Positions 1 through 8,217 of a stretch of DNA of 64,000 nt are shown piece after piece. Each line of letters opens with the position of its first letter. Within the stretch, counting starts at the first letter, position 1. This DNA comes from Phycisphaerae bacterium (GTDB taxonomy: Bacteria; Planctomycetota; Phycisphaerae; WQYP01). Position numbers and translations under genes: made by a program. The notes below the pieces were generated by a model, which saw nothing but the letters and a program-made list of their open reading frames with translations, ran no database searches and was not told the origin of the DNA. The DNA is taken from positions 1-64,000 of the forward strand of contig DASZZD010000032.1 in the NCBI GenBank assembly GCA_035545015.1, written 5' to 3'.

Positions 1-40
1 GATGTTCAGTGCGGGGAGGGATTCCGGATAGACTGGGGGG

Positions 41-829
41 ATGCAGGATGTTGTGCGATTAACGCGGGAGTTGCGGGCGGGGGTGGAGACGGGGAAGGAG
101 GGGGTGCGCGGGAATGGGTTTGCGGGGAATCCGGGGTTGGAGGGGTTGGGGGTGTTTGTGTTGTTGCGGGCGACGGTGCGCGGGCGGGTGGATGGGCGGA
201 CGGGGATGCTGGTGAATATCAAGGAAGTGGATCGGGTATTGCGCGGGGCGGGGGTGGAGCGGTTGCGGGAGGGGCTCGAGCGGGGGGAGGGGGCGGCGCG
301 GGTGGCGGAGGGGATTTTTGGGGTGGTGCGGGAGGGGCTTTTGCCGCACGAGGTGGAGCGGCTGGAGTTGTGGGTGAGTCCTTATTTGGGTTTCGCGGTT
401 GATGCAAAGGAGGCGGGCGTGGTGCGGGTGAGTTTACGGTTTGAATTTTCGGCAGCGCATCGGTTGCACTCGGCGGCGCTGAGCGCGGAGGAGAATCGGC
501 AGGTGTTCGGGCGGTGCAACAATCCGAACGGGCATGGGCATAATTATGAGCTGGAGGTGACGGTGGCGGGGAAGCCGGACGAGCGCGGGCAGGTGGTGTC
601 GATCGAGGCGTTGCAACGGGCGGTGAACGAGCGGGTGATCGACGTGTTCGATCACAAGCATTTGAATATGGATTGCGAGGAGTTTCGGGAGGCGGGAGGG
701 GTGAATCCGACGGTGGAGAACATTGCGCGGGTGATCTGGGGGCGGCTGGCGGGGCAGCTGCCGGGGAAACTGGCGCGGGTGAGGTTGTGGGAGACGCCCA
801 AGACGGTGTGCGAGTATGAGGGAGAGTGA
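41..829 (+). CDS. queD: 6-carboxy-5,6,7,8-tetrahydropterin synthase (QueD/PTPS family) with about 126 aa N-terminal extension
   Basis: C-terminal 136 aa carry the PTPS/QueD motifs FEFSAAHRL, CNNPNGHGHNYELEV and DHKHLNMD. G-ending codon periodicity continues in frame from 41, which argues the upstream part is coding. A strong internal start candidate is GTG at 419 preceded by AAGGAGG (407-413). Confidence 0.8.
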   Translation: MQDVVRLTRELRAGVETGKEGVRGNGFAGNPGLEGLGVFVLLRATVRGRVDGRTGMLVNIKEVDRVLRGAGVERLREGLERGEGAARVAEGIFGVVREGLLPHEVERLELWVSPYLGFAVDAKEAGVVRVSLRFEFSAAHRLHSAALSAEENRQVFGRCNNPNGHGHNYELEVTVAGKPDERGQVVSIEALQRAVNERVIDVFDHKHLNMDCEEFREAGGVNPTVENIARVIWGRLAGQLPGKLARVRLWETPKTVCEYEGE

Positions 830-845
830 GGGGTTCAGTTGGGGG

Positions 846-869
846 ATTGGTTCAATTGGTTAAATTGGG
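846..869. repeat. short tandem heptamer/octamer repeat (GATTGGT TCAATTGG TTAAATTGG) flanked by G-runs
   Basis: Direct inspection. Belongs to the AATTGG/GGTAATT heptamer repeat family seen at other loci. Confidence 0.5.
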
Positions 870-949
870 GGGGGCACGGGCGGTGAAAGGGAGCGGGGGC
901 GGCGGCGTCTTGAGGGTGGGCGATAGGGCTTCTTGGCGGATGTGGTGCG

Positions 950-3355
950 ATGGCGACGGATATTGAGCAGATTCAGTTGTATGCCCGGACGCGGGATGCG
1001 GGGGCGTTTGCGGCGCTGATGGCGGCGTACACGGACATGGTGTTCGCCACGTGCCTGCGGATCCTGGCGAATCGCTCGGAGGCGGAGGACGCGACGCAGG
1101 AATGTTTCTGGCGGCTGGCGCGGGAATCGGCGGGGATACGGACGTCGGTGGGGGCGTGGCTGCATCGGTGTGCGACGAATGAATGCATCACGCGGAAGCG
1201 GCGGAAGACGGCCAAGGCGCAGCGTGAATTGGCGTATGAGCGCACGCGGCAGGCGGAGCGGGAGGAGGCGTCGGAATGGCGGGAGGTATCGCCGGCGGTG
1301 GATGAGGCGCTGGAGGAGTTGCCGGAGGAATTGCGGACGCTGTTGATCGGACATTTTTTGCAGCGGCGGACGCAGGCGGAACTGGCGGCGGAGATAGGGG
1401 TATCTCCGGCGACGATGTCGCGGCGGCTGGCGGAGGGCGTGGAGCTGATTCGCAAGCGGCTCAAGGCGCGCGGGGTGATCGCGACGGCGGCGGTGTTGAC
1501 GGTGTTCCTGGCGGAGCGGACGGCGAGCGCGGCGACGCCGGCGGTGGTGGCGGGGTTGGGGAAGATGGCGCTGGCGGGCCCGCCGGCGCATGCGCTGCGA
1601 TGGACGCTGCGGGCGAAGGTGGCGCTGGCGGGAGCGACGGTGGCGGTGGCGGCGGGATTGGTGTGGGGCGGGGAGGCGTATCGGCATCGGCATGGGCGCG
1701 GGGAAGCGGCGGCGGGAGCGGCGGTGGCGCGGGCAAGCGATGGGAAGGTGGAGGCGGGGACGTCGATGACGGAGCCGGACATGCGTGCGCCGGCGGAGGC
1801 GTACACGTTGCTGGCGCGGATTCGCAATGGATTGCCGGAGGTGGCGGGGGATGATCCGCTGGGGGCGGCGCGGGAACTGGCGGCGCTGGGGCCGACGGCG
1901 ACACCGGCGGTGGCGGCGGAACTGGATCGGTCGACGCGCGAGGATGAGCAGCGGGTGTTGATCTGGGTGATGCGGGTGATGGGGGATCGGGCGGCGGTGC
2001 CGGCGCTGTTGCGGGCGATGCCGCGGTTATCGGGAGATGCGGTGGCGTATGAGGTGGCGGTGAAGGATGCGGGGTTGCGTGCGTATGTGCGGTCGCACGA
2101 GCCGGCGGGGGTGATCGGATTTGCGGCGCCGGCGGTGGGGTTGCAGCCGGCGCGGGTGGAATGCGTGGCGGCGCTGGAGGCGTTGACGGGGCAGCGGGCG
2201 GTGTACACGGTGGAGCGCGGGGTGCGGCGGCCGGTGGCGGACGTGTGGGTGGCGTGGTATGCGGCGCATGGGGACGGCGGATCGGCGCAAGACGCGCTGT
2301 CGGCGCCGGCGGCGAAGGATGATCCGGTGGGGGTGGCGGGCGAGCAGGCGCTGGGAGCGCTGTTTCCGGCGGGGCCGCAGGTGCGGTTGACGGAGGTGCG
2401 CGAGGTGGTGCTCGATGCGCGCGCGGGTTGGAATGCGCAGGCGTATGTGGATCTGGATACGGGGGCGCGGCTGGAGCGGAACCAGGGGTGGGTGGATCAC
2501 GGCCAGCATTCCAACGCGGATTGGCCGCGAGAGGCGGGAGTGGATTTGGCAGTGGAGAGCGCTGGCGGAGCGGTGCGGGTGCGAAGTCTTGGGATGCGGG
2601 TGTGGCCGATTGAAAATGAGCGGTTCGAGACGTTTCCCGCGGAAGTGCATTTGAATGGGTCGGTGGACATGGGGGATGCGGGGCCGGTGGCATTGCGGGA
2701 GACGCTGGGGGCGGAGGCGCGGACGTATTTGTTCACGACGCGCGAAGGCGGACGCGGGGTGATGCAGGCGGCGCTGGTGAGCGAGGCGGCAGGTCCGGCG
2801 GTGCGGGTGCGGTATCGGTTGTTCGAGGGCGGAAGCGTGGCGCGGGCGCCGCTGGCGGGAAAGTTTGGCGCCCCCCTACCGGCGGCGGCGACGCGGATGG
2901 CGGGGCAGTTTGCGCCGGAGCGGGAAGTGGAATTGGGCAGCGGGCGTGTGGAACAATCGATGGCGTTGGATGTGGATACCGGGGCGCTGCGTGCGGATGC
3001 GCCGGATGCGGATGCGGGGGAGCTGACGGAGGCGAAGGTGCGGTGGCTGCGGGAATGGGGCGGCGACCTGGTGGTGTTGCCGGCGCCGGCGGAACATGAA
3101 TCGGCGGTGGCGGCGGATCGGCTGGTGGCGCTGCCGGTGACGGCGGACGCGTGGGAGAAGATGCAGCCGGGTGAGGCGGCGACGCTTTTGCTGCGGCGGG
3201 ATTCGTCGGTGGATGCGACCCAGGCGATGCTGCACGTGGGGGCGGGGCAGGTGGAGACGTGGGTGTTCCAGACGCGCGAGGGATGTGCGGGGCTGATGCA
3301 GGTGGAAGGCGAGGGAGCGGGGGGGGTTCGGGTGAGGTATAAGGTGCTGCGGTGA
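950..3355 (+). CDS. ECF sigma-70 factor fused to a transmembrane segment and a large extracytoplasmic domain with an internal tandem duplicated module
   Basis: N-terminus has sigma-70 region 2 (DMVFATCLRILANRSEAEDATQECFWRLA) and region 4 HTH (LPEELRTLLIGHFLQRRTQAELAAEIGVSPATMSRRL). Hydrophobic helices lie at about aa 190-210 and 243-262. The C-terminal region holds two copies of a module (..TYLFTTREGGRGVMQ..VRVRYRL and ..ETWVFQTREGCAGLMQ..VRVRYKVL). Codons are G-ending. Confidence 0.8.
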   Translation: MATDIEQIQLYARTRDAGAFAALMAAYTDMVFATCLRILANRSEAEDATQECFWRLARESAGIRTSVGAWLHRCATNECITRKRRKTAKAQRELAYERTRQAEREEASEWREVSPAVDEALEELPEELRTLLIGHFLQRRTQAELAAEIGVSPATMSRRLAEGVELIRKRLKARGVIATAAVLTVFLAERTASAATPAVVAGLGKMALAGPPAHALRWTLRAKVALAGATVAVAAGLVWGGEAYRHRHGRGEAAAGAAVARASDGKVEAGTSMTEPDMRAPAEAYTLLARIRNGLPEVAGDDPLGAARELAALGPTATPAVAAELDRSTREDEQRVLIWVMRVMGDRAAVPALLRAMPRLSGDAVAYEVAVKDAGLRAYVRSHEPAGVIGFAAPAVGLQPARVECVAALEALTGQRAVYTVERGVRRPVADVWVAWYAAHGDGGSAQDALSAPAAKDDPVGVAGEQALGALFPAGPQVRLTEVREVVLDARAGWNAQAYVDLDTGARLERNQGWVDHGQHSNADWPREAGVDLAVESAGGAVRVRSLGMRVWPIENERFETFPAEVHLNGSVDMGDAGPVALRETLGAEARTYLFTTREGGRGVMQAALVSEAAGPAVRVRYRLFEGGSVARAPLAGKFGAPLPAAATRMAGQFAPEREVELGSGRVEQSMALDVDTGALRADAPDADAGELTEAKVRWLREWGGDLVVLPAPAEHESAVAADRLVALPVTADAWEKMQPGEAATLLLRRDSSVDATQAMLHVGAGQVETWVFQTREGCAGLMQVEGEGAGGVRVRYKVLR

Positions 3356-3783
3356 AGGTTATGAAGGCCAAGCAAAGGGCGGGGCGTATTGGGGGCGAAT
3401 ACCTGCGGCTGGTGAAGCGGCTTCCGCTGCGCGTGATCCGGAACGAGCGGGAGTTGGATGCGGCGAGCGAGGTAGCGCTGGAATTGGCGGGGAAAGGCGA
3501 GGATCACCTGTCGGAAGGGGAATTGGAGTATCTGGAGGTACTGGACCGGTTGATTGAGGAGTATGAGGAGCGAGTGCACGCGATGCCGGTGAGTGCCGCG
3601 AATCCGCTGGAACGGCTGCGGTGGCAGGTGCGGGAAGCGGGGATGAATGCGTCGGATTTGGGACGGCTTCTTGGGAATCGAAGTTTGGGATCGCTGCTGC
3701 TGTCGGGGCGGCGGGAGATGTCGAAAGCGCACATTCGGGCGCTCGCGGGGCATTTTCGGGTGGAGGCGGGGTATTTTCTCTGA
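3352..3783 (+). CDS. HigA-like HTH (XRE family) antitoxin/transcriptional regulator
   Basis: C-terminal HTH (MNASDLGRLLGNRSLGSLLLSGRREMSKAHIRALAGHF) matches the HigA architecture. The GTG start overlaps the stop of the upstream sigma-fusion gene in GTGA (translational coupling). Alternative ATG at 3361 with a GAAGG SD. Confidence 0.65.
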   Translation: MKVMKAKQRAGRIGGEYLRLVKRLPLRVIRNERELDAASEVALELAGKGEDHLSEGELEYLEVLDRLIEEYEERVHAMPVSAANPLERLRWQVREAGMNASDLGRLLGNRSLGSLLLSGRREMSKAHIRALAGHFRVEAGYFL

Positions 3784-3793
3784 CGATCGGCGA

Positions 3794-4054
3794 TTAACTC
3801 TGGACCAGGCGGTCGTATTCGGCGTGGGTGCCGATCCAGAACCAGGTGATGAGGTCGCCGCTCCGCCGCGCCAGCGCGCGGTAGTTGCTGTTGACGCGCG
3901 CGGACCAAAGTCCCGGACGAAGTTCTTTGAAATGAAGGGAAGGGTGGAAGGGTTCGGCGTGCCAGATGACGAACTTCTCACGGGCTAATTCTTGAATGGG
4001 CGCGGGGAGCCTTGCGAAATGTTCCCAGAAGGAGCGGCGGGTTTTCGAAATCAC
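3794..4054 (-). CDS. type II toxin-antitoxin system RelE/ParE family toxin
   Basis: 86 aa with a C-terminal signature (ITWFWIGTHAEYDRL) typical of ParE/RelE-fold toxins. Overlaps its upstream antitoxin gene by 4 nt. Confidence 0.75.
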   Translation of the reverse strand: MISKTRRSFWEHFARLPAPIQELAREKFVIWHAEPFHPSLHFKELRPGLWSARVNSNYRALARRSGDLITWFWIGTHAEYDRLVQS

Positions 4055-4254
4055 GGGCCGTCCTCAAGCCGGCCTTCGCGAATATCGTCGTCGACTTGCT
4101 TGAGGAGCGCGTCGAGTTTTCCGGAGTCGACGTCCTGCTTGATCTGCTCGTCCCACTCGTCATCGGTCCATCCATGGAAATAACGGGCGATTTCGGCGCG
4201 CTCCTCAAAGGAGAGTCTGTCGATGGCTGCTTTAATTTCGTCGACGGTGGTCAT
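4051..4254 (-). CDS. addiction-module antitoxin, small acidic protein, partner of the ParE/RelE toxin
   Basis: Internal ATG at 4254 (MTTVDEIKAAIDRLSFEERAEIARYFHGW...). 67 aa and acidic. 4-nt overlap with the toxin. The longer ORF to 4485 is probably a spurious extension. Confidence 0.6.
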   Translation of the reverse strand: MTTVDEIKAAIDRLSFEERAEIARYFHGWTDDEWDEQIKQDVDSGKLDALLKQVDDDIREGRLEDGP

Positions 4255-4260
4255 AGAGGA

Positions 4261-4291
4261 ATTATAACACGCTGCTGGTGGAGCGATGCAA
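4261..4291 (-). promoter_or_regulatory. candidate sigma70-type promoter (TTGCAT-N19-TGtTATAAT) for the toxin-antitoxin operon, possibly giving a leaderless transcript
   Basis: Minus strand reads TTGCATcgctccaccagcagcgtgtTATAATtcctctATG. The -10 ends 6 nt before the antitoxin ATG. Confidence 0.4.
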
Positions 4292-4489
4292 TGTATTGAG
4301 GGATACATGACGCATGCTTCGGACCCCGAATTTAAGCCGGCACCGTGGCCTCCGGGATCAGATCTTATACGGAACTCAATTGATTCTTGTGCTGGAATAA
4401 GTTTAGCCCCGGCCCTTGGGCAGGGTTCCACTGGCACGAATTTCACATGGAACCGTATTACTCCCTCCTCATTCACTTCCGACAAATAT

Positions 4490-4523
4490 AAAGAGCCCGA
4501 ACCGTTGCCGGTTCGGGCTCTTT
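4490..4523. terminator. bidirectional rho-independent terminator downstream of groEL
   Basis: Perfect 12-bp stem GAGCCCGAACCG / CGGTTCGGGCTC with loop ttgc, flanked by A/T runs (aaagagcccgaaccgttgccggttcgggctcttt). Confidence 0.8.
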
Positions 4524-4557
4524 CAACTGACAGATACTTCGGACCGGGTACGACCGA

Positions 4558-6183
4558 TTAATAGTCGTCATGCCCGTGATCGTCGCCGCCGCCCTTCTTG
4601 GCTTCTTTCTTCGGCAGCTCGCTGATGACCGCGTCGGTGGTCAGCAGGAGGCTGGCGATGCTGGCGGCGTTGCTGAGGGCGGTGCGTTCGACCTTTGTCG
4701 GGACGATGACGCCCATTTTGATCAGGTCGCCATATTCGTGGGTGAGGGCGTTGTAGCCGAAGTTGGGTTCCTTGGATTCGACGACGCGTTGGGCGACGAT
4801 GGAGCCGTCGACGCCGGCGTTTTCGGAAATCTGCTTGATCGGTGCGTGCAAAGCGCGCTTCACAATGTCGGCGCCGATCCGCTGGTCGCCGTCGAGCTTG
4901 AGCTTGTCGATGGCGGGAATGGCGCGGAGGACGCTGACCCCACCCCCGGGGAGGATGCCTTCTTCGACGGCCGCGCGGCAGGCGTGAAGGGCGTCTTCAA
5001 CGCGCGCCTTCTTTTCCTTCATCGCGGCTTCGGTGGGAGCGCCGACCTTGATCACCGCGACGCCGCCGGAGAGCTTGGCCAGGCGTTCCTGGAGTTTTTC
5101 CTTGTCGTAGTCGCTGGTGGTGCGATCGATCTCGGTCTTGATCTGCTCGATGCGGCCCTTGATCTTGTCGGTCTTGCCGGCGCCTTCGATGATGGTGGTG
5201 GTTTCCTTTTCGATGTGGATTTTCTTGGCCCGGCCGAGGTCTTTGAGCTCCAGCGTTTCGAGGTTGATGCCGAGTTCTTTGAAGATGGGCTGGCCGCCGG
5301 TGACGATGGCGATGTCTTCGAGCATGGCCTTGCGGCGGTCGCCGAAGCCGGGCGCCTTCACGGCGACGACCTTCAGGGTGCCGCGGAGCTTGTTGACGAC
5401 GAGCGTGGCGAGGGCTTCGCCTTCGATATCCTCGGCGATGATCAGGAGGCTCTTGCCGGCTTCGGCGACTTTGCCCAGGACGGGGAGAATGTCCTTGATC
5501 GAGGAAATTTTTTCCTCGTGAATGAGGATGTAGGCGTCTTCATAAGTAACATCCATCGTCTGCGGATCGGCGAAGTGCGGGCTGATGTAGCCCTTGTCGA
5601 ACTGAAGGCCTTCGACGAGATCGACCACGGTGTCGAGCCCTTTGCCCTCCTCGATGGTGATGACGCCGTCCTTGCCGACCTTGTCCATGGCGTCGGCGAT
5701 CATCTGGCCGATCTGCTGGTCCTGATTGGCCGAGGACGCTCCGACCTGCGCGATCTGCTTGGTATCTTTGACGGGGGTGGAGATGTTGCCGAGGTGGGCG
5801 AGGACGGCTTCGACGGCCCTGTCGATGCCGCGCTTGAGGAGGGCGGGATTGGCGCCGGCGGTGACGTTGCGGAGGCCTTCATCGAAGATGGCTTCGGCAT
5901 AGACGGTCGCGGTGGTGGTGCCGTCGCCGGCGACGGTGGAGGTCTTGCTGGCGACTTCCTTGACGAGCTGCGCGCCGAGATTTTCGTTGGCGTCTTCGAG
6001 CTCGATTTCCTTGGCGACCGTGACGCCGTCCTTGGTGACCGTCGGGCTGCCGAAGGATTTCTCGATCACCACGTTGCGGCCGGAGGGGCCGAGGGTGACC
6101 TTGACGGCCTGGGCGAGCGTCTTGACGCCGCGGCGCATCGCTTCACGGGCATCGGTATCGAACATGATGGATTTGGCGGCCAT
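4558..6183 (-). CDS. groL: chaperonin GroEL (60 kDa)
   Basis: 541 aa, [42 protein letters not shown]...GDGTTTATV. Canonical GroEL throughout. C-ending codon usage. Confidence 0.97.
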   Translation of the reverse strand: MAAKSIMFDTDAREAMRRGVKTLAQAVKVTLGPSGRNVVIEKSFGSPTVTKDGVTVAKEIELEDANENLGAQLVKEVASKTSTVAGDGTTTATVYAEAIFDEGLRNVTAGANPALLKRGIDRAVEAVLAHLGNISTPVKDTKQIAQVGASSANQDQQIGQMIADAMDKVGKDGVITIEEGKGLDTVVDLVEGLQFDKGYISPHFADPQTMDVTYEDAYILIHEEKISSIKDILPVLGKVAEAGKSLLIIAEDIEGEALATLVVNKLRGTLKVVAVKAPGFGDRRKAMLEDIAIVTGGQPIFKELGINLETLELKDLGRAKKIHIEKETTTIIEGAGKTDKIKGRIEQIKTEIDRTTSDYDKEKLQERLAKLSGGVAVIKVGAPTEAAMKEKKARVEDALHACRAAVEEGILPGGGVSVLRAIPAIDKLKLDGDQRIGADIVKRALHAPIKQISENAGVDGSIVAQRVVESKEPNFGYNALTHEYGDLIKMGVIVPTKVERTALSNAASIASLLLTTDAVISELPKKEAKKGGGDDHGHDDY

Positions 6184-6256
6184 GGGAGGGGCTCCGTTTT
6201 ATGCGGGTTTATGCTTTCAGAACAGTTTCGGCGGTTGCGGTTGGGGCTGCGAGTTC

Positions 6257-6365
6257 GGAGTAATTGGTAATTGCTAATCCGCTGTCGCGGGGGTCGGACG
6301 TGCCATTTGGAAAAAGCGTGCAGCGTCCCAATTACTCAATTAACGCAATTAACTTAATTACTCCC
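6257..6365. repeat. paired inverted clusters of TAATTGG-type heptamer repeats in an unusually long (183 nt) groES-groEL intergenic region
   Basis: GGAGTAATTGGTAATTGCTAATCC (6257-6280) and the inverted CCCAATTACTCAATTAACGCAATTAACTTAATTACTCC (6327-6365). Confidence 0.55.
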
Positions 6366-6366
6366 G

Positions 6367-6663
6367 TCACGCTTCGATGACGGCGAGGACTTCGTCTTCG
6401 CTGAGAACGAGGAGTTCCTCGTTATCGACTTTGATTTCGGTGCCGGCGTAGGAGGCGAAGATGACTTCATCGCCTTTTTTGACCTGGAACTTGGCGCGTT
6501 CGCCGGAGTCGAGGAGCTTGCCGTCGCCGACGGCGATGACGGTGCCGCGTTTGGGCTTTTCCTTGGCGGTTTCCGGCAGCACGATGCCGGACTTGGTCTT
6601 GGATTCGGCCTCGACGCGTTTGATGAGGATTTTGTCGCCGAGGGGACGGACCTTCGCTGCCAT
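6367..6663 (-). CDS. groS: co-chaperonin GroES (10 kDa)
   Basis: MAAKVRPLGDKILIKRVEAESKTKSGIVLPETAKEKPKRGTVIAVGDG... ATG at 6663 is preceded by AAGGAG with an 8-nt spacer. The ORF-track start (GTG 6672) lies inside the SD. Confidence 0.95.
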   Translation of the reverse strand: MAAKVRPLGDKILIKRVEAESKTKSGIVLPETAKEKPKRGTVIAVGDGKLLDSGERAKFQVKKGDEVIFASYAGTEIKVDNEELLVLSEDEVLAVIEA

Positions 6664-6683
6664 GTTCTTCACTCCTTGTGGTG

Positions 6684-6761
6684 AGTAGTCAGTAGACAGA
6701 AGGCAGTAGTCAGCAGTGTGGAAAGCGGCTCCCGTGTTCTGATTACTGACTTCTGACTCCT
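6684..6761. repeat. paired inverted heptamer-repeat clusters (AGTAGTC family; 5 units, 22-nt spacer, 3 inverted units) immediately upstream of groES
   Basis: AGTAGTC AGTAGAC AGAAGGC AGTAGTC AGCAGTG (6684-6718) and the inverted GATTACT GACTTCT GACTCCT (6741-6761). Confidence 0.6.
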
Positions 6762-6772
6762 GGCTTCCCGGT

Positions 6773-7330
6773 TCATACGGGCCATTGGTTCTGGTGAAAG
6801 CGCCGCAACGCGCGGGCCATCACTTCGAGCATCATGTTGACGTCCACCGGCTCCGAGAGCACGGAGAACGCGTTGAATCGCAGGGCCTCATGCAGGAGCT
6901 GTTTGTCCTGGCGGGCGGCGATGAGGATGACGGCGGGGTCGGGTTTGACCTGCGCCGGGCTGGCATCGAAGCGGACTTCGATGCGGCGGTGCTGGCCCGC
7001 GGGATCGGGCTCATGGATGTTCACCTGGAGATCAAAGCCGCCGGGCGCGGGCGACGCCGGGGGCCGTGCCTGACCGCGGAGCTTCTGAATCAACTGCAGC
7101 ACGTTGATGCCGCTGATGGATTGAAGTCGCGAGTCGACAACCGCCAGGTGAATCGGGTGACGCTCGATGAGATCGACGGCCTGCGCCCCGGTGGTGGCCT
7201 CGAACGTTTTGACGCCCATGGGGGCGAGCAGGTGGTTCAAGGTTTGATACCAGGGCTGCCCTGCGAAGGGCTTTTGCTCTTCGTGGGTAAGCAGGAGATT
7301 GAGTCGAGCGTCGCCTCCCATAAGGATCAC
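6773..7330 (-). CDS. divergent (pseudo-)receiver domain protein
   Basis: Weak CheY-like receiver pattern (HLAVVDSRL, ..AVILIAARQD..LRFNAFSVLSEPVD) with an about 35 aa insert. The acidic pocket is not conserved. Confidence 0.35.
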   Translation of the reverse strand: MILMGGDARLNLLLTHEEQKPFAGQPWYQTLNHLLAPMGVKTFEATTGAQAVDLIERHPIHLAVVDSRLQSISGINVLQLIQKLRGQARPPASPAPGGFDLQVNIHEPDPAGQHRRIEVRFDASPAQVKPDPAVILIAARQDKQLLHEALRFNAFSVLSEPVDVNMMLEVMARALRRFHQNQWPV

Positions 7331-7503
7331 CGGCGCGGGTTATGCAAAGGTCGTGCCCGGTGGGTACCGCCGCTTTTTGATGCTCGCAAGTCATTTATTT
7401 TCAGGTGTTTGAGATTTTCGCTACCGGCGCAATGGGGCGCGGGGTTTGACTGCCAAAGGGGGAATCGCGGAGGGAGAAAACTGCCGCGGTGGCAGGCGGA
7501 GGG

Positions 7504-7579
7504 ATTGCCCATTTCCAATTGCCCATTGCCGATTGGAGGGTTCACAATCGGCAATGGGCATTGGGCAGTTGGCAATGGG
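7504..7579. repeat. long imperfect palindrome built from two inverted clusters of heptamers (ATTGCCC / GGGCAAT family) between ppiB 3' end and the upstream gene
   Basis: ATTGCCC ATTTCCA ATTGCCC ATTGCCG ATTGG, spacer agggttcaca, then CAATCGG CAATGGG CATTGGG CAGTTGG CAATGGG. Confidence 0.6.
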
Positions 7580-7581
7580 GC

Positions 7582-8076
7582 TCATTCGTTCACGGTGATT
7601 TTCACGATTTTGGGCGGGTTCTTGGGGCGGTCGTTGGCGCCGGTCGGGGTATTGGCGATCTTGTCGACGGTTTCGATGCCCTGGGTGACTTTGCCGAAGG
7701 CCGAGTATTGGCCGTCGAGGTGGGGGGAATCCTGGTGCATGATGAAGAACTGGCAGGAGGCGGAGTTGGGGTCGGAGGAGCGGGCCATGGAGAGCACGCC
7801 GCGGGTGTGGCGGCGATCGGGGCGTTTGTTGAATTCAGCCTTGAGGCGTTTGTTGCCGTTGGATCCGGTGCCCGTGCCCTGGGGACATCCGCCCTGGATC
7901 ATGAAGCCGGGGATGACGCGGTGAAAGATGAGGCCTTTGTAAAAGCCCTGCTTGGAGAGGTCGATGAAATTCTGGACGTGCTCGGGCGCGACATCAGGCC
8001 AGAATTCGACGGTCATGTTGCCTTCGGTGGTTTCAATGGTGGCGGTGGGGGTTTTGGTTTGCGGGGTTTCGGACAT
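7582..8076 (-). CDS. ppiB: peptidyl-prolyl cis-trans isomerase, cyclophilin type
   Basis: GFYKGLIFHRVIPGFMIQGGCPQGTGTG...SMARSSDPNSASCQFFIM...GKV cyclophilin motifs. Confidence 0.92.
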   Translation of the reverse strand: MSETPQTKTPTATIETTEGNMTVEFWPDVAPEHVQNFIDLSKQGFYKGLIFHRVIPGFMIQGGCPQGTGTGSNGNKRLKAEFNKRPDRRHTRGVLSMARSSDPNSASCQFFIMHQDSPHLDGQYSAFGKVTQGIETVDKIANTPTGANDRPKNPPKIVKITVNE

Positions 8077-8217
8077 GGTTCATCTCCTGAAACTTCGGCG
8101 ACAAAGGAGCAGAAGTATACGAGCGCTGTAGAGGCGAGGAAAGAAGAAGCCGGGAAATCTTCCGGCCTCGATTTAATCCGCACATCCCGCCACTCCTCGG
8201 CACTGCACAAGCTACCA

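Noticed and set aside
973-3981. Long minus-strand ORFs (973-2208, 1461-2693, 2497-3981, 2733-3371) antisense to the sigma-fusion gene
   Set aside because: Pro/Ala/Ser/Arg low-complexity translations typical of antisense frames in G-rich sequence. The plus-strand gene has clear sigma-70 motifs and codon periodicity.
4255-4489. Possible tRNA or small RNA in the AT-richer spacer between the TA operon and the groEL terminator
   Set aside because: No tRNA-like T-arm (GTTCGAATC) or cloverleaf could be discerned. Only a short hairpin (ggttcc...ggaacc). Left as unannotated.
4570-6270. 566-aa plus-strand ORF antisense to groEL
   Set aside because: Gly/Asp/Ala low-complexity mirror of GroEL coding sequence. 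GroEL identity is unambiguous.
6673-6772. Canonical CIRCE/HrcA operator upstream of groES
   Set aside because: No TTAGCACTC-N9-GAGTGCTAA-like inverted repeat found. Only heptamer clusters.
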